Shown piece after piece: positions 12,853-24,884 of a stretch of 64,000 nucleotides of DNA (the stretch's first letter is position 1; the number at the start of each line of letters is the position of its first letter). The notes beneath the pieces were generated by a model that saw nothing but the letters and a program-made list of their open reading frames with translations, did not search any database and was not told the origin of the DNA. Source of the stretch: Devosia sp. A8/3-2 (lineage in GTDB: Bacteria > Pseudomonadota > Alphaproteobacteria > Rhizobiales > Devosiaceae); contig CP104974.1 in NCBI GenBank assembly GCA_025452255.1, positions 2,022,156 through 2,086,155 on the forward strand. The letters are read 5' to 3'. The position numbers and the translations under genes were made by a program.

Positions 12853-13772
12853 TCAGCGCATTTCGAGGATGAGCGTGGTCCAGTCCTTACGCTGCAGTTT
12901 TTCGGTCAGGATCATGCCACGGCGCTGATAGGCATTGATCACGCCCCGCGCCTGATGCTGCAAAATCCCTGACAGAATGATCGTCGCGCCGCGCGTGCAA
13001 CCCGGCCCACAGCCGGCGCCAGTGCCGTCAGTGGCCCCGCCAGAATATTGGCGACGATCAGATCATAGGGCGCATTGCCGGCAATGGTGGGATTGGTCAG
13101 CCCCGTCGCCTCGATGCCGATAATGAACTTGCCGACGCCATTTTGTTGAGCGTTTTCAATGGTGGTCGTCACCGCAATAGGGTCGATATCGCTGGCAATG
13201 ACCGGCAGCCGCAGCCGCTTGGCCGGGGCAATCGCCAGCACGCCCGTGCCGGTGCCGACATCGAGCAGCACGCGCGGGCGACGGCGCTTCAGCACCTTGT
13301 CGATCGCCTCCAGACACCCCGTCGTCGTCTCATGGTGTCCGGTGCCGAAAGCCTGCGCCGCATCGATCCGCATTGGCGTCAGCCCGCCCGGAACGGGGCC
13401 GGTTTCATGGCTGCCATAGACATAGAAGCCGCCAGCAATCACCGGGGCCAGACCCTCCAGCGATTTGGCCACCCAATTGATCTCGGGGTCGATTGGCGAA
13501 ACGGAAAAATCGACTGCGCCGCCAAGGGTTTGCCGGGCCAGCTCAGAAAATGATGCAAGATCGGGCGGGCTGTCGCACGTGGCCTCGAAAAACCATTCGC
13601 CCGTCTCTTCATTCTCATGCGCCGAGGCGGTCAGCGCCAGATCGTCCCGTTCCATCACGGCATCGACCGGGGCATAGGCCTGTTCTTTGGTGAGCGGGGC
13701 GGAGAGCTGGTCGACGGACATGGGCAGGGCTTTCATTTGATCGGCCCCTTGTTGCGGCAGCGGCCGAAACAA
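12853..13772 (-). CDS. prmA: Ribosomal protein L11 methyltransferase PrmA, with a C-terminal frameshift (~13010).
   Basis: Methyltransferase motifs VLDVGTGTGVLAIA and DLIVANILAGPL. The C-terminus continues in a shifted frame (...AYQRRGMILTEKLQRKDWTTLILEMR*) to the stop at complement 12853. Confidence 0.85.
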
Positions 13773-13836
13773 GTCAATGCACCACGATTTCCTTGACTTT
13801 TCAGTGGGTGATGTTCATGGTTTGTTTCGGAGGGGC

Positions 13837-14300
13837 GCTATGGATTTGAATGCACTCAACGCCGCTATCGTGGCTGCCAAACAGGCCTGCTATGTCGGCG
13901 GCGGCGAAAATCCACGTCGAGCCGCGAAGGCTCGCATGATCTGGTCTGGTCGCAAGGGTCATGGCGCTATCACGACAGCTATTTTGGCGGCACCGATTTT
14001 TTGGGGCAGGAAACGATCTGGTTCGATGCCGAGCCGGTCTGGGCGATGAATTATCACGGCTTTATCCTCCGCCCGGACCTGATCGATGCGCAGCGGGCAG
14101 GGGAGACTATCAAACTCGCGCTGTCCGCCATGTATGCCGAGGGGCGGTTTCTCGACGGTTTCCGCTGGGCAGGCCCTTACAGGGAATACGTGGATAAGTC
14201 CGAAGGCGGGGTCGATTTGTTCTCCGGCGAAGAGGCAATTTATTACGGTGGAACAAGGGCCTATGGGCTGCGCTATAGCGGCGGGCTGATCAAGCCGTAG
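13837..14300 (+). CDS. DUF5680-like hypothetical protein, frameshifted at ~13950.
   Basis: MDLNALNAAIVAAKQACYVGGGENPRRAAK...|YHDSYFGGTDFLGQETIWFDAEPVWAMNYHGFILRPDLIDAQRAGETIKLALSAMYAEGRFLDGFRW...GGLIKP*. Confidence 0.5.
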
Positions 14301-14370
14301 TGGGAGGAGATGTGCGGCATTGATCAAACGATGGTTTCTTGCATGATTGGCGCGGACCCGGAGACCGCTG

Positions 14371-14865
14371 ATGTTCAAAGCGCCGTATTTCGACAATACC
14401 GAAGTTAAAACCATCGAGGATGTCGATATGAGCGAGAGAGGGGCTGCCGCCGCGCTGGCTGCGTTTCGTTCGCTCAGCCCGGCAGATCGGATTGCCGATT
14501 CCCGCCACGTCTTTGCTTACTACAAGGATTATCACGAGGCGGTTGGCGGAGAGGATTGGCTGGACGAACAGATGGGCATCCCGGAAACCCCGGCCGATAT
14601 CTGGAAATTTGTAAGGCCCGGCAGTGAGATAGATGTGCGCAAGGGCCGCAACGGCGACGACAACTGGTACGTTATCATGGAGGCCAATTGCGGCTGGGAA
14701 GAAGAGCACGGCCTGATGCTGGTGTGGCGCAATGGCTCGGCACTCACCAAAGTTGGCGGCTATGACGGGCACGTCACCAACGTCAATTCCTATGCCGACG
14801 ATAGCCTCGAAGACGTCGTCTATGCGGCATCGAACCCGGAATACACCACGCGTATACACGAATGA
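14371..14865 (+). CDS. Hypothetical cytosolic protein of 164 aa; DUF6985-like, immunity-protein-like size and composition.
   Basis: Intact [27 protein letters not shown]...[29 protein letters not shown]...EYTTRIHE*. No catalytic motifs recognised. Confidence 0.5.
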   Translation: MFKAPYFDNTEVKTIEDVDMSERGAAAALAAFRSLSPADRIADSRHVFAYYKDYHEAVGGEDWLDEQMGIPETPADIWKFVRPGSEIDVRKGRNGDDNWYVIMEANCGWEEEHGLMLVWRNGSALTKVGGYDGHVTNVNSYADDSLEDVVYAASNPEYTTRIHE

Positions 14866-14876
14866 GGTTGAGTGCC

Positions 14877-15167
14877 ATGTACGGTCTGATCGGCAAGATG
14901 CTGGCGGCGCCCGGCAAGCGTGAGGAATTGCTGGCCATCATGCTGGAGGGCAATGCCGCCATGCCCGGCTGCATCAACTATGTGATCGCCCGCGATCCGG
15001 CGAGCGAAGACGGCATCTGGATCACCGAAGTGTGGGACAGCAAGGAGAGCCACGGCGCCTCGCTGCAACTGCCGCATGTGCAGGCAACCATCGCCAAGGC
15101 CAAGCCGATCATTGCCGGTTTTGGGGAATATTTCGAAACCGAACCGTTGGGCGGGATAGGGCTCTAG
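14877..15167 (+). CDS. Antibiotic-biosynthesis-monooxygenase (ABM) family small protein.
   Basis: [79 protein letters not shown] fits the ABM ferredoxin-like fold pattern. Its start overlaps the upstream gene's stop. Confidence 0.6.
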   Translation: MYGLIGKMLAAPGKREELLAIMLEGNAAMPGCINYVIARDPASEDGIWITEVWDSKESHGASLQLPHVQATIAKAKPIIAGFGEYFETEPLGGIGL

Positions 15168-15482
15168 AACCTGACGGCAGTGCCGGAGACCGACACCATC
15201 AGCATGGAGCCGCCCCCGGCCGACGACTTCGTAATCGATATCAACACCCACCACGGCATCGGCCCCCAGACGCTTGGCCTCGGCTTCCAATTCGCTGAAC
15301 GCCTCACGACGGGCGTCGTGCAATGTCGATTCATAGGCGCCGGCGCGGCCGCCCACGATATCGTGGATGCCGGCGAACAGATCCTTGAAGATATTGGCGC
15401 CGACAATGACTTCACCGGTGGCAATGCCCAGATATTCGCGGATCTGGCGGCCTTCCAGCGTAGGCGTGGTGCTGACGATCAT
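15164..15482 (-). CDS. YbjQ/UPF0145 family protein, frameshifted at ~15240.
   Basis: [88 protein letters not shown]|[17 protein letters not shown]. Confidence 0.8.
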
Positions 15483-15582
15483 CGTTCGGTTTACCTATTG
15501 ACCTAGAGTGCGTTCAAAATTGTAGCAGAGGTAAATCGAGACGAGAAGGCAGGGTTGTCCGCCGAGAAGGGCCGCTGCCGCC

Positions 15583-17924
15583 TCACCCCTTCTTGATAAA
15601 GCTGTCCAGCACCTTCTTGCGGCCGGTTTGTTCGAAGTCGATGGTCAGTTTGTTCCCCTCGATCCCGGCAATCGCGCCATAACCGAATTTGAGGTGGAAG
15701 ACCCGTTCGCCGAAGCTGAAGGCGGATTTGTCATTGCCCAGATCGACCGAGCGCACGACGAGGTCACCGTCAATGGTCATCGGGCCGCTGCCCTTGCGGC
15801 TGGCCTGTTGGGCGCAGGCGCTGCCAACCGGGGGTTTCGTAGACGCTTTCGAATGGGTCGGCCTTGTTGAAGCGGCTGGTGGCGCCCCCGCCATAGCCAT
15901 AGCCGCCATAGGAGGAGCCGGTATCGGTCACCTCGACGGCGTCGGCCGGCAATTCATCGAGAAAGCGCGAGGGAATGGCCGATTGCCACAGGCCATGGAT
16001 GCGCCGGTTCTGGGCGGCAGAGATGCGCACGCGCTTACGGCCGCGGGTGATGCCGACATAGGCGAGGCGTCGCTCTTCCTCGAGCCCGGCGCGGCCGCTT
16101 TCATCCATCGAGCGCTGGCTGGGGAAGGTGCCTTCCTCCCAGCCGGGCAGGAAAACGGTGTTGAATTCCAGCCCCTTGGCCCCGTGCAGGGTCATGATGG
16201 TGACGGCATCGCTCGCCTCAGTGCTGTCGCGGTCCATCACTAGGGCGATGTGTTCGAGGAAGCCACCGAGGGTGTCGAACTCTTCCATCGAGCGGCTCAG
16301 TTCTTTGAGGTTTTCCTTGCGGCCCTCCGACTCGACCGACTTGTCGGCGCTGAGCATGTCGGTATAGCCGCTCTCCTCGAGTATCCGTTCCACCAGCTCG
16401 AAAGGCTTCAGGCTCTGGGCGTGGAACGTCCAATCGTCAAATTGGGAAACCGAGGCTGGCCAAGGTCGTGCGCTGCTTGGGCTTGAGTTCTTCGGTATCA
16501 ACCAGCATGCGGATGGCTGAGAGCAGCGGCACGTTAGCTGCGCGGGCCGCGCTGTGCAGCAACTGCACCGTCGAGTCTCCGAGGCCGCGTTTGGGGGTGT
16601 TGATGATGCGGTCTAGGGCCAGGTCGTCAGCAGGTTGGGCGACAAGGCGCAGGTAAGCAATGGCATCGCGGATTTCCTTGCGCTCGTAAAAGCGAGGGCC
16701 GCCGATGACGCGGTAATTCAGCCCCAGCGTGATGAAGCGCTCTTCGAATTCGCGCATCTGGAAGGAGGCGCGGACCGAGATGGCCATGGAATTGAGCGCT
16801 TCACCCGCCCGTTGGTATTGCTCGATCTCTTCGCCGACGGTGCGCGCTTCCTCCTCGGAATCCCACACACGGGTGACGGAAACCAGCTCGCCGTTTTCGC
16901 CGACATCGGTCTGCAGCGTTTTTCCGAGGCGGCTTTCATTGAAGGCGATGAGATTGGAGGCGGCCTTTAGAATATTGGAGGTCGAGCGGTAATTGCGCTC
17001 GAGCTTGATCACCTTGGCGCCCGGGAAATCCTTCTCGAAGCGCAGGATATTATCCACCTCGGCGCCACGCCAGCCATAGATGGACTGGTCATCGTCGCCG
17101 ACAACGCAGATATTGGCTTCGGAGGCCGGTTTGCCCTGCGCGAGAAGCCGCAGCCAGAGATATTGGGCGACGTTGCTGTCCCGGTATTCGTCGACCAGCA
17201 TGTATTTGAACTTGCGGTGGAATTCCGCCGGGACGTCGGGGTTTTCCTTGAACAGGCGAATGCATTCGAGCAGCAGGTCGCCGAAATCTGCGGCGTTGAG
17301 CGTCTTTAGCCGCGCCTGGTAATCGGCATAGAGCTTGGCGCCACGGCCATTGGCGTAGCCGCCGCTTTCGGCCGGCGAAACGTCCTTGGGCAGCAGGCCC
17401 TTGTTCTTCCGGGCATCCATCATGCCGGCGAACTGCTTGGCGGGCCAACGCTTCTCGTCGATATCCTCGGCGGCCAATAATTGCTTGATGAGCCGGATCT
17501 GATCGTCCGTATCGAGGATGGTGAAGGTGCTCGTCAGGCCCACCGGGCCGGCATGCTGGCGCAGGATGCGGGCGCCGATGGAGTGGAACGTGCCCATCCG
17601 GGGCATTGCCTCGAGGCGGGGAACAAGCTTTTCGATCCGCTCCTTCATCTCGCGGGCGGCCTTGTTGGTGAAGGTCACCGACAGAATTTGGGAGGGCCGA
17701 GCGCGATTGGTATTGATGATATGGGCAATGCGCGTTGTCAGCACGCGCGTCTTGCCGGTGCCGGCGCCAGCGAGCACCAGCAGCGGACCATCGATGGTCT
17801 CCACCGCAAGCCGCTGCTCTTCATTGAGGCCATCGAGATAGGCAGGCACTTCCCGCCGGCCAAACTGGCTGGTGATCGACCCGGCAGGCGGGCGTTCGGT
17901 ATTGTTGGTATTGCCGGGCATTTC
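15583..17924 (-). CDS. uvrD: ATP-dependent DNA helicase UvrD (helicase II), frameshifted at ~15870 and ~16450.
   Basis: Walker A GAGTGKTRVLTTRIAHI, motifs VDEYRDSN and TLHGAKGLEFNTVFL, and the C-terminal UvrD tail FHLKFGYGAIAGIEGNKLTIDFEQTGRKKVLDSFIKKG*. Confidence 0.92.
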
Positions 17925-18125
17925 AGGCCTTTCCGTCACGTCGCGCCGGGATCTGGCTGCGCCGTGGGGGTATTGACGAATCTTCTTTTGTTCACGGTGC
18001 AATATAGGTGGCGCAGGGCCCGCTGTATAGAAGAGCGCGGCGTCACAGCGTTGTCATATCCCTGTCATCGAAGTTTTATGCGCGCGGCCTAGGGCAAGCC
18101 CCGGACTTCAACAGGGGCTTGATCC

Positions 18126-20285
18126 ATGTATTCCACGAAATTTCTTGCCGCACTCACGGCCGCCTTGTTGGCGACGACCGTTTCGGTCCATGCCGAACAA
18201 GTGTTCAATCGTATTGCCAGCTTCCCTGTCGCGCTCAACGCGCCTGACGCAGAGGTTACGTCCGCTGAAATCATTACCGCAAGCGATGACGGCCTGACCC
18301 TCATTTATTCGGACAGCCCGGCTGGCGGCATCGGCTTTGTCGATCTGACCGACGCCAAGGCCCCCAAGAACCTCGGTTTCCTGTCGCTCGATGGCGAGCC
18401 GACCTCGGTTACCATCATTGGCGACAAGGCCTATGTCGGGGTCAATACTTCGGAGAGCTTCGTCGAGCCATCGGGCAAGCTGGTCGTTGTCGATATCGCC
18501 AGCAAGGCGGTCGATGCTGAATACGATCTGGGCGGTCAGCCGGATTCGGTGGCGCATAATGCTGCCGGCACGCTGATTGCCGTTGCTATCGAGAACGAGC
18601 GCGACGAAGAGGTCAATGACGGCGACATTCCGCAACTGCCCGCTGGCTTTGTGGTGATTTTCGACGTTGCCACCAAGACGCTCAAGACCGTCGAGATGAC
18701 CGGCATTGCCGATGTCGGCGGCGAGGACCCGGAGCCCGAATTCGTCGATTTCAACGCCAATGACGAAATCGCCGTTACCCTGCAGGAAAACAACTGGGTC
18801 GCCATTATCGACGGCAAGACCGGCACGGTCACCGGCGGCTTCTCCGCTGGCGCAGTTTCGGTCGAAAATGTCGACACCAAGAAGGACGGCGCGCTCAATT
18901 TCACCGGCAAAACGAGCGACGTCGTGCGCGAACCCGACGCCATCAAGTGGCTGGATAATGAGCGCTCGGTCGTGGCCAATGAAGGCGACTGGAAGGGCGG
19001 TTCGCGCAGCTTCTCGATCTTCAGTCGTGACGGCACTGTCGTCTACGACTCCGCCAATGCACTCGATCTCGACGCCGCCCGTCTCGGCCACTACCCCGAT
19101 GCGCGCAACAAGAAGGGCGTCGAGCCCGAGGGGCTGGAAGTCGCGACCTTTGGCGAGCAGCAATATATCTTCGTCGTGCAGGAACGCTCCTCGCTGGTGG
19201 CGATCTACAAGGATACCGGCGCTGAGCCGGAATATGTTCAGACCATCCCGTCCGGCATTTCGCCTGAGGGCATCGTTGCCATTCCCGCCCGCAATCTGGT
19301 CGTGACCGCCAACGAGGTGGACTTGCGCGAAGATGGCGGCATTGGCTCCCACGTCATGGTCTATGAGCTGGCCGAGGGCGAAGCCGCCTATCCCCAGCTC
19401 GTTTCGGACAATGACGAAAACGGCCTGCCTTTCGGCTGGGCGGCCATTTCAGGCGCCGTGGCTGACGCTGAAAAGCCCGGCATTCTCTATGCCGTGTCCG
19501 ATAGCGTGCTGAGCGCCGAGCCGGCCATCTACACGATCGACGCGACCGCCAAGCCGGCGCGTATCATTGCCAAGACGGTCATCACCCGCGGCGGCCACTC
19601 GGCCCAGAAGCTTGATCTCGAAGGCATCACGCTGGATGGGGAAGGCGGCTTCTGGCTGGCTTCGGAAGGCGACACGTCCAAGCTCACGCCGCATGCGCTG
19701 TTCCATGTGAACGCGGAAGGCAAGATCGAGGACGAAATCGCGTTCCCGGCCGAACTGCTGGCCAATGAAATCCGCTCCGGTTCGGAAGGCATCACCGCCA
19801 TTGGCGAGGGTGACGACATGACCTTGTGGATCGCCATTCAGCGCGAATGGAAGGACGATCCCAAGGGCCGAGTCAAGCTCGTCAGCTACAAGCCTTCGAC
19901 CGAGGAATGGGGCGCCGTCGCCTATCCGCTCGAGGCCCCAGCCGAAGGCGCTTGGGTTGGCCTGTCGGAAATCACGGCGCATGGCGATTATGTCTACGTC
20001 ATCGAGCGCGACAACCAGATCGGCGACAAGGTCCAGCTCAAGGCACTCTACCGCGTGCCGGTTGCTGACCTCGTCGGCGTGGAACTGGGTGGCGAATTGC
20101 CGGTCGTCAGCAAGGAACTGGTCCACGACTTCATCCCTGATCTCAAGAGTCTCAATGGCTACGTGGTCGACAAGGTGGAAAGCTTCGCCGTGGACGCCGC
20201 CGGCACCGGCTATGTCATCACCGACAATGATGGTGTCGATGACAGCTCAGGCGAGACCTATTTCTGGTCGATCGGCGCGCTGTAA
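18126..20285 (+). CDS. Secreted 719-aa protein with tandem beta-propeller-like repeats; phytase-like / esterase-like-activity-of-phytase family. Intact.
   Basis: Signal peptide MYSTKFLAALTAALLATTVSVHA. Repeated blocks rich in G, D and T with EPEG/SPEGI motifs (GVEPEGLEV, SPEGIVAI, SEGITAI) in two homologous halves. A rho-independent terminator follows. Confidence 0.6.
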   Translation: MYSTKFLAALTAALLATTVSVHAEQVFNRIASFPVALNAPDAEVTSAEIITASDDGLTLIYSDSPAGGIGFVDLTDAKAPKNLGFLSLDGEPTSVTIIGDKAYVGVNTSESFVEPSGKLVVVDIASKAVDAEYDLGGQPDSVAHNAAGTLIAVAIENERDEEVNDGDIPQLPAGFVVIFDVATKTLKTVEMTGIADVGGEDPEPEFVDFNANDEIAVTLQENNWVAIIDGKTGTVTGGFSAGAVSVENVDTKKDGALNFTGKTSDVVREPDAIKWLDNERSVVANEGDWKGGSRSFSIFSRDGTVVYDSANALDLDAARLGHYPDARNKKGVEPEGLEVATFGEQQYIFVVQERSSLVAIYKDTGAEPEYVQTIPSGISPEGIVAIPARNLVVTANEVDLREDGGIGSHVMVYELAEGEAAYPQLVSDNDENGLPFGWAAISGAVADAEKPGILYAVSDSVLSAEPAIYTIDATAKPARIIAKTVITRGGHSAQKLDLEGITLDGEGGFWLASEGDTSKLTPHALFHVNAEGKIEDEIAFPAELLANEIRSGSEGITAIGEGDDMTLWIAIQREWKDDPKGRVKLVSYKPSTEEWGAVAYPLEAPAEGAWVGLSEITAHGDYVYVIERDNQIGDKVQLKALYRVPVADLVGVELGGELPVVSKELVHDFIPDLKSLNGYVVDKVESFAVDAAGTGYVITDNDGVDDSSGETYFWSIGAL

Positions 20286-20308
20286 TCCCCGAGAAGCGTT
20301 TTGAGACA

Positions 20309-20338
20309 GCGGCCGGGCCTTGTGCCCGGCCGTTTTGC
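20309..20338 (+). terminator. Rho-independent terminator after the beta-propeller protein gene.
   Basis: cggccgggc-cttgt-gcccggccg followed by TTTT. Confidence 0.7.
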
Positions 20339-20406
20339 ATGGTCGGTCGCAAAGCCGTGATATTGGCCGCCTTTGGCCGGACAATTTCATAGCGTGAATC
20401 AAGGCA

Positions 20407-23400
20407 ATGGCGGGCTTGCTTAGGGGGCGCAAGTGCCTAAACTCTGCCCGCAAACCGGACCCACGCGTAACCGTGCTGAATCGCATCTATATCATCGTTG
20501 GCTTGCTGGCGATTTTCGTACTCGCCGGAGCGTTTATTGCGCCGCGCTTCATCCAATGGGGTGACTATCGCGAACGCATGGAAGAGCTTGCCGGCAGGGT
20601 ACTGGGCGCCAAGGTCATTATCCGTGGCGATATCGAATTCTCATTGCTGCCCCAGCCGCGGCTCAACTTCACCGATGTGCTGGTGGGATCGGCCGATGAG
20701 CCCGCCGCCACTGTTGGCGCGGTGGAGGCCGAATTCTCCCTGATGGATTTTCTGCGCGACCACTACAACATCACCCGGCTGGTACTGCGTGAGCCGGTGG
20801 TGGACTTCACCATCGACGAAAGCGGTCTGTTTGGCAGCGGATTTGCCCCGAATGGCACGGGAACCGGGGTTGGATTGGCGCAGGCCAGCATTATCGATGC
20901 CACCGTTCGGCTGATGGATCGCCGGGCGCGCCGGACCTATGAAGCGAGCGACGTGGATGGCGAGCTCAAGTTTTCCGGCCTTGCCGGGCCGCTGCAATTT
21001 CAGGGTTCGGGCACCTATGATGGCGGGCGATATACGGCGCAGTTCAATTCGGCGCCCCCGGCCAGCGACGGATCGAGCCGGGTCACGGCCGCGGTCAGGC
21101 CGGAATCGGATGCGTTTTCCTTTGCCGTCGAAGGGCTGCTGACGGCGGGCATGGCGCCCAAATTCGATGGGACGATGACTTACCGGCAGACCCCGCCGGC
21201 CGCACAAAATGCCGATGAAATTCGCGGCAATCTGGTGCTGGAAAGCCGAATCACGGCCTCGACCGATCGGGTGGTACTGTCCGGCTACACCCTGCAGCCC
21301 GACGAAAATCGGGCCGGTACGAGACTGGCCGGCGCCGCCAGCATTCAATTGGGTACGCGGCAGAGTTTTGATGCGGTGATCTCGGGCGGCGTGTTCACGC
21401 TGCCGCCGCGCGATGCCAAGGAAGATGCCAATACCCAGCCCTATGAGGCCGTCCGCCTGCTCGCCGAACTGCCGGCGCCGATCATTCCGCCCATTCCCGG
21501 CCGTATCGGCGTGGACACGGCCGAGGTCGGGCTACGCGGTTTTGCCTTGCGCAATGTGCGCGTCGATGCCAGCACCGACGGCAAAGCACGGCAGATCGAG
21601 CAGTTCATCGCTGCTCTGCCGGGGGAAACCGAATTGCGGGCCAGCGGCACGCTGAGCGATGAAAACGGCTCGCCGGCATTTCGCGGGCAGGCCTCGCTCG
21701 ATAGCACCGGGCTCGATGGCCTTGCTGCATTGTGGCGCAAGCCGCTCGACAACAATCCGCTGTTCAATCAACCGGGCAGACTGGACGGGCGCGTCATGCT
21801 GGGCGGCGATGCGTTCGGCCTGACCGATGGGCGGCTGACGCTGGATGGGCATACTCATGCCGTCGAACTGCGCTCGGGCTTTGGTGCGGAAAAGCGGCTC
21901 GATGTGGTGGGGCATTTCGACGACACAGGCGCCAGCGGCAGCACGCTGATCGGCGCGCTACTGCCCGATATGGGCGCCAGCCCCACCTTCGGCATCAGCT
22001 TCCCCACCGGCAGTTTCGCGCTCAGCGGCAAAAGCGCTCAGCTGTTTGGGCTGGATGGCTCTGACCTTGTGGCAGAGGGTATGTGGACCGCTGGCGGGGT
22101 CGAGTTTACCCGGCTTTCAGCTGATGATCTGGGCGGCGTCGGCTTCAATACCGCGGGCCAATTTACCGGCACGCTGGCCGCGCCGCAGCTGGTGGGCCGT
22201 GGCAATATCAAGATCGGCGCGGGCGATGCACCGGCGCTCGTGGCGCTTTACGATGCGCTGAAGACGCCGCCGGACTGGCGTAACTTCCTCGCGCTTCCGC
22301 GCCCGGTGACATTGCCTTCGATCTTGGTGCGCCGGCGGGCGAGAACGATCAGACGCTCACCTCGGATGGTACGCTTGGCGTCGCCAATCTCGATGCCCGC
22401 CTGCAGCTCGGCGGCGGTGCAGCAGCGGCATTCACCGCGCCATTGCGTGTTACTGCGACGCTGGAATCCACCGACACTGCCGGTTTGACCCGCCAGATCG
22501 GCTCGGGTGAAGCCGATCTGTTTGCCGGGCAGGGTTCTATGTTGGTGGTCATTGGCCTCGAAGGCACGCCGTCCAATAGTCTTAATGGCAGCATCAGTGC
22601 CAGCCTTGCCGGCGAGAGCGTCGGCTTTGCCGGCAATCTGGTGTTCGGTCCCAATGCCGAATTGCAGGGCACGGGGCAGCTCAACGTCGATCTGGCCGAT
22701 GCCGGTGGGCTGGCGCAGATCGCGGGTGGCCGCGACCTCAGCCTGCCCATGGCCAAAGGCAGTGCCGACCTGCATTTTGAAGGCGAGCGGCTGGCGCGGC
22801 TGACCAATGTGCAAGGCACGTCCGGCGAGACCGGCTTTACCGGCGAACTTTCCCTGTCCCGCACCAATAATGCGGCGGCAGTGGCGGGCAATTTCGCCAT
22901 CGACGAGATTTCCATTGAGGGCCTTTCAACCGCGGTCTTCGGCCCCGCCGCGCTTGTTCCAGGCGATAGCGTATGGCCGGAAGGGCCGATCGCCTCCGGG
23001 GATTCGCCGCGCCAGACACGGGGCTCGGTCAGCATTACCGCGCCGCTCGTCTCAGCGGGTGGCGTCGCGCGGATGACCAATGCTAGTTTTGAATTGAGTT
23101 GGGACGAGAGCCGCCTGCGCCTCGCCCGGTTCGAAGCAGGGCTGGGCGGCGGCAAGGCCACGCTCGACTTGTCCGTATGCTGCGCCGGCGCTCTGCTCGA
23201 CAAGACCGTCAGCGGCCGGCTGACTCTGGCCGGCGTGCCGGTCAATGCCATCGCTTCCCCGACCATGGCGGCGATGGTGGGCGGCACGATCGAGGGCGGT
23301 GTGCGGTTCGAGGGTACCGGCGCGAGCCCGGCTTCGGTATTTGGCGCCATGACTGGCGAGGGTAATTTCACGCTGACCAATCTGGCGGTGGATCAGCTCG

Positions 23401-24099
23401 ATCCGCGCGTGTTCAGCGCTGTATCGGGGCTCGATGACGCGCTCAATATGGACCCTGATGCTTTGGCCAGCGTCATCGGCGTGACCTTGCAACAGGGCCC
23501 GTTTACCGCGGGCCGGGCGACCGGTGCCTTCACCATGGCCGGGGGCGTGGCGCGGCTGGCCAATTTCATCGTCGAAGGGCAGGGCGGCCGGCTGGCTGGC
23601 AATATCAATGTGCAACTGGTCTCCACGGGCCTCGAGGGTGGGTTTGTCCTGACACCCCTCGGGCTCGACGATGCCAATGGTCTTATCTCCGCTGACACGG
23701 CGCGGATCGGGACGCAGCTAACGGGTACTGTGCTGGCGCCGGTGTCGACGCTCGACTCGGATACGCTGATCGCGGCCATCCGTGCACGCGCCAACGAGCT
23801 TGAGGTCGAACGCCTCGAAGTCCTGCGCGCCGAAGATGCGGAACGTCAGCGGGCGGCTGCCGAGGAGCGCAACCGGCTGATCGAGGAACAACGCCAGCGT
23901 GCCGCTGCAGGAAGCTGCTCGCCGGGCCGAGGAAGAAGCCGCGCGATTAGCGGCGGAAGAGGCGCGGCGTCTCGAACTGCAGCAATTGCAGCAGCAAACC
24001 CAGCCCCAACCGGCGCCGCCTCCGCCGCAGGGTCCGCTTGATCTGGGCCTGCCGGCATCGCCGCCCGCCAACCGGCCGTTTACTTTGCCGCTGAACTAG
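20407..24099 (+). CDS. Giant AsmA-family protein of about 1230 aa, frameshifted at ~22300-22440 and ~23890. The true start is probably a GTG near 20476.
   Basis: N-terminal TM helix IYIIVGLLAIFVLAGAFIAPRFIQW and the AsmA-like repetitive G/A/T/S-rich body. The C-terminal charged coiled-coil and P/Q tail (RLEVLRAEDAERQRAAAEERNRLIEEQRQRAA...QQLQQQTQPQPAPPPPQGPLDLGLP) continues across two frame changes. Confidence 0.75.
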
Positions 24100-24307
24100 C
24101 GGCGGTGCGCTCCTGATACCATTTGAGCACTGCCAATCGCGCCGCCGAGGACAGGTTTGTCGTCTGGCGCGTTTCGTCGATGGATTTGATGAGACCGGCC
24201 ATGGTCTGGCCGCGGTCGGCAGCGATTTCGGCCAGCGCGGCCCAGAATTCGGGCTCGAGCGCGATGCTGGTGCGGTGGCCGGCAATGGAGAGCGAGCGCT
24301 TTTCCAT
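24080..24307 (-). CDS. Ribbon-helix-helix domain protein (COG4321 family, often misannotated as aryl-sulfate sulfotransferase).
   Basis: MEKRSLSIAGHRTSIALEPEFWAALAEIAADRGQTMAGLIKSIDETRQTTNLSSAARLAVLKWYQ. Confidence 0.7.
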   Translation of the reverse strand: MEKRSLSIAGHRTSIALEPEFWAALAEIAADRGQTMAGLIKSIDETRQTTNLSSAARLAVLKWYQERTAASSAAK

Positions 24308-24320
24308 GCCCCGGCCGGCG

Positions 24321-24811
24321 TTACGGCTTCTTGCGGAAGGCGTCGAGGCTCACGACCTTTTCGCCGGGCTTTTCGTCGTCGCCAGAGGCTGCAGGCCCGG
24401 CCGCGTGCTCAAGGGCGTCATCGGCATTGTCTTCCCGGCCGTCGTCCCGCGCGGCCGTGGCCGGGTCGAACTGCAGGCCGAACTGCACGGAGGGGTCAAA
24501 GAACCCTTTGACTGCCGAGAACGGGATCACCAGCGTTTCGGGAATGCCGTCGAAGGATAGACCGATCTCGAAGCCGGTCTCGTTGACCTTGAGGTCCCAA
24601 TACTGGTTCTGGATGACGATTGTCATTTCCTTGTCGTACTGGCCGAGCAGTTTCTCGCTCAGGCGGACGCCGGGGGCTCGCGTCACGAAGGAAATGAAGA
24701 AGTGATGGTCACCGGGCAGGCCGGTTTTGGCAACTTCGGCCAGAACCTTGCGCACGACGCCGCGCAGGGCTTCCTCAGGCGAGAATGTCGTATCGCATGT
24801 GATCTTCGGCC
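24321..24811 (-). CDS. sspB: ClpXP adaptor SspB (stringent starvation protein B), with an N-terminal frameshift.
   Basis: ...EALRGVVRKVLAEVAKTGLPGDHHFFISFVTRAPGVRLSEKLLGQYDKEMTIVIQNQYWDLKV...IPFSAVKGFFDPSV followed by an acidic tail. MAEDHMRYDIL lies in an adjacent frame just upstream. Confidence 0.85.
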
Positions 24812-24884
24812 ATAATTACCCTTCTTGCGCCTTGGGGAGCAGAATCCCGAATGGCCCATATCAGCCTCACGTTCCATGAGAATT

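Noticed and set aside
18108-19352. 414-aa minus-strand ORF overlapping the propeller gene.
   Set aside because: Antisense artefact. The sense strand carries an intact signal-peptide protein with a terminator.
22349-23380. 343-aa minus-strand ORF inside the AsmA-family gene.
   Set aside because: Antisense, Ser/Pro/Ala-rich, and non-protein-like.
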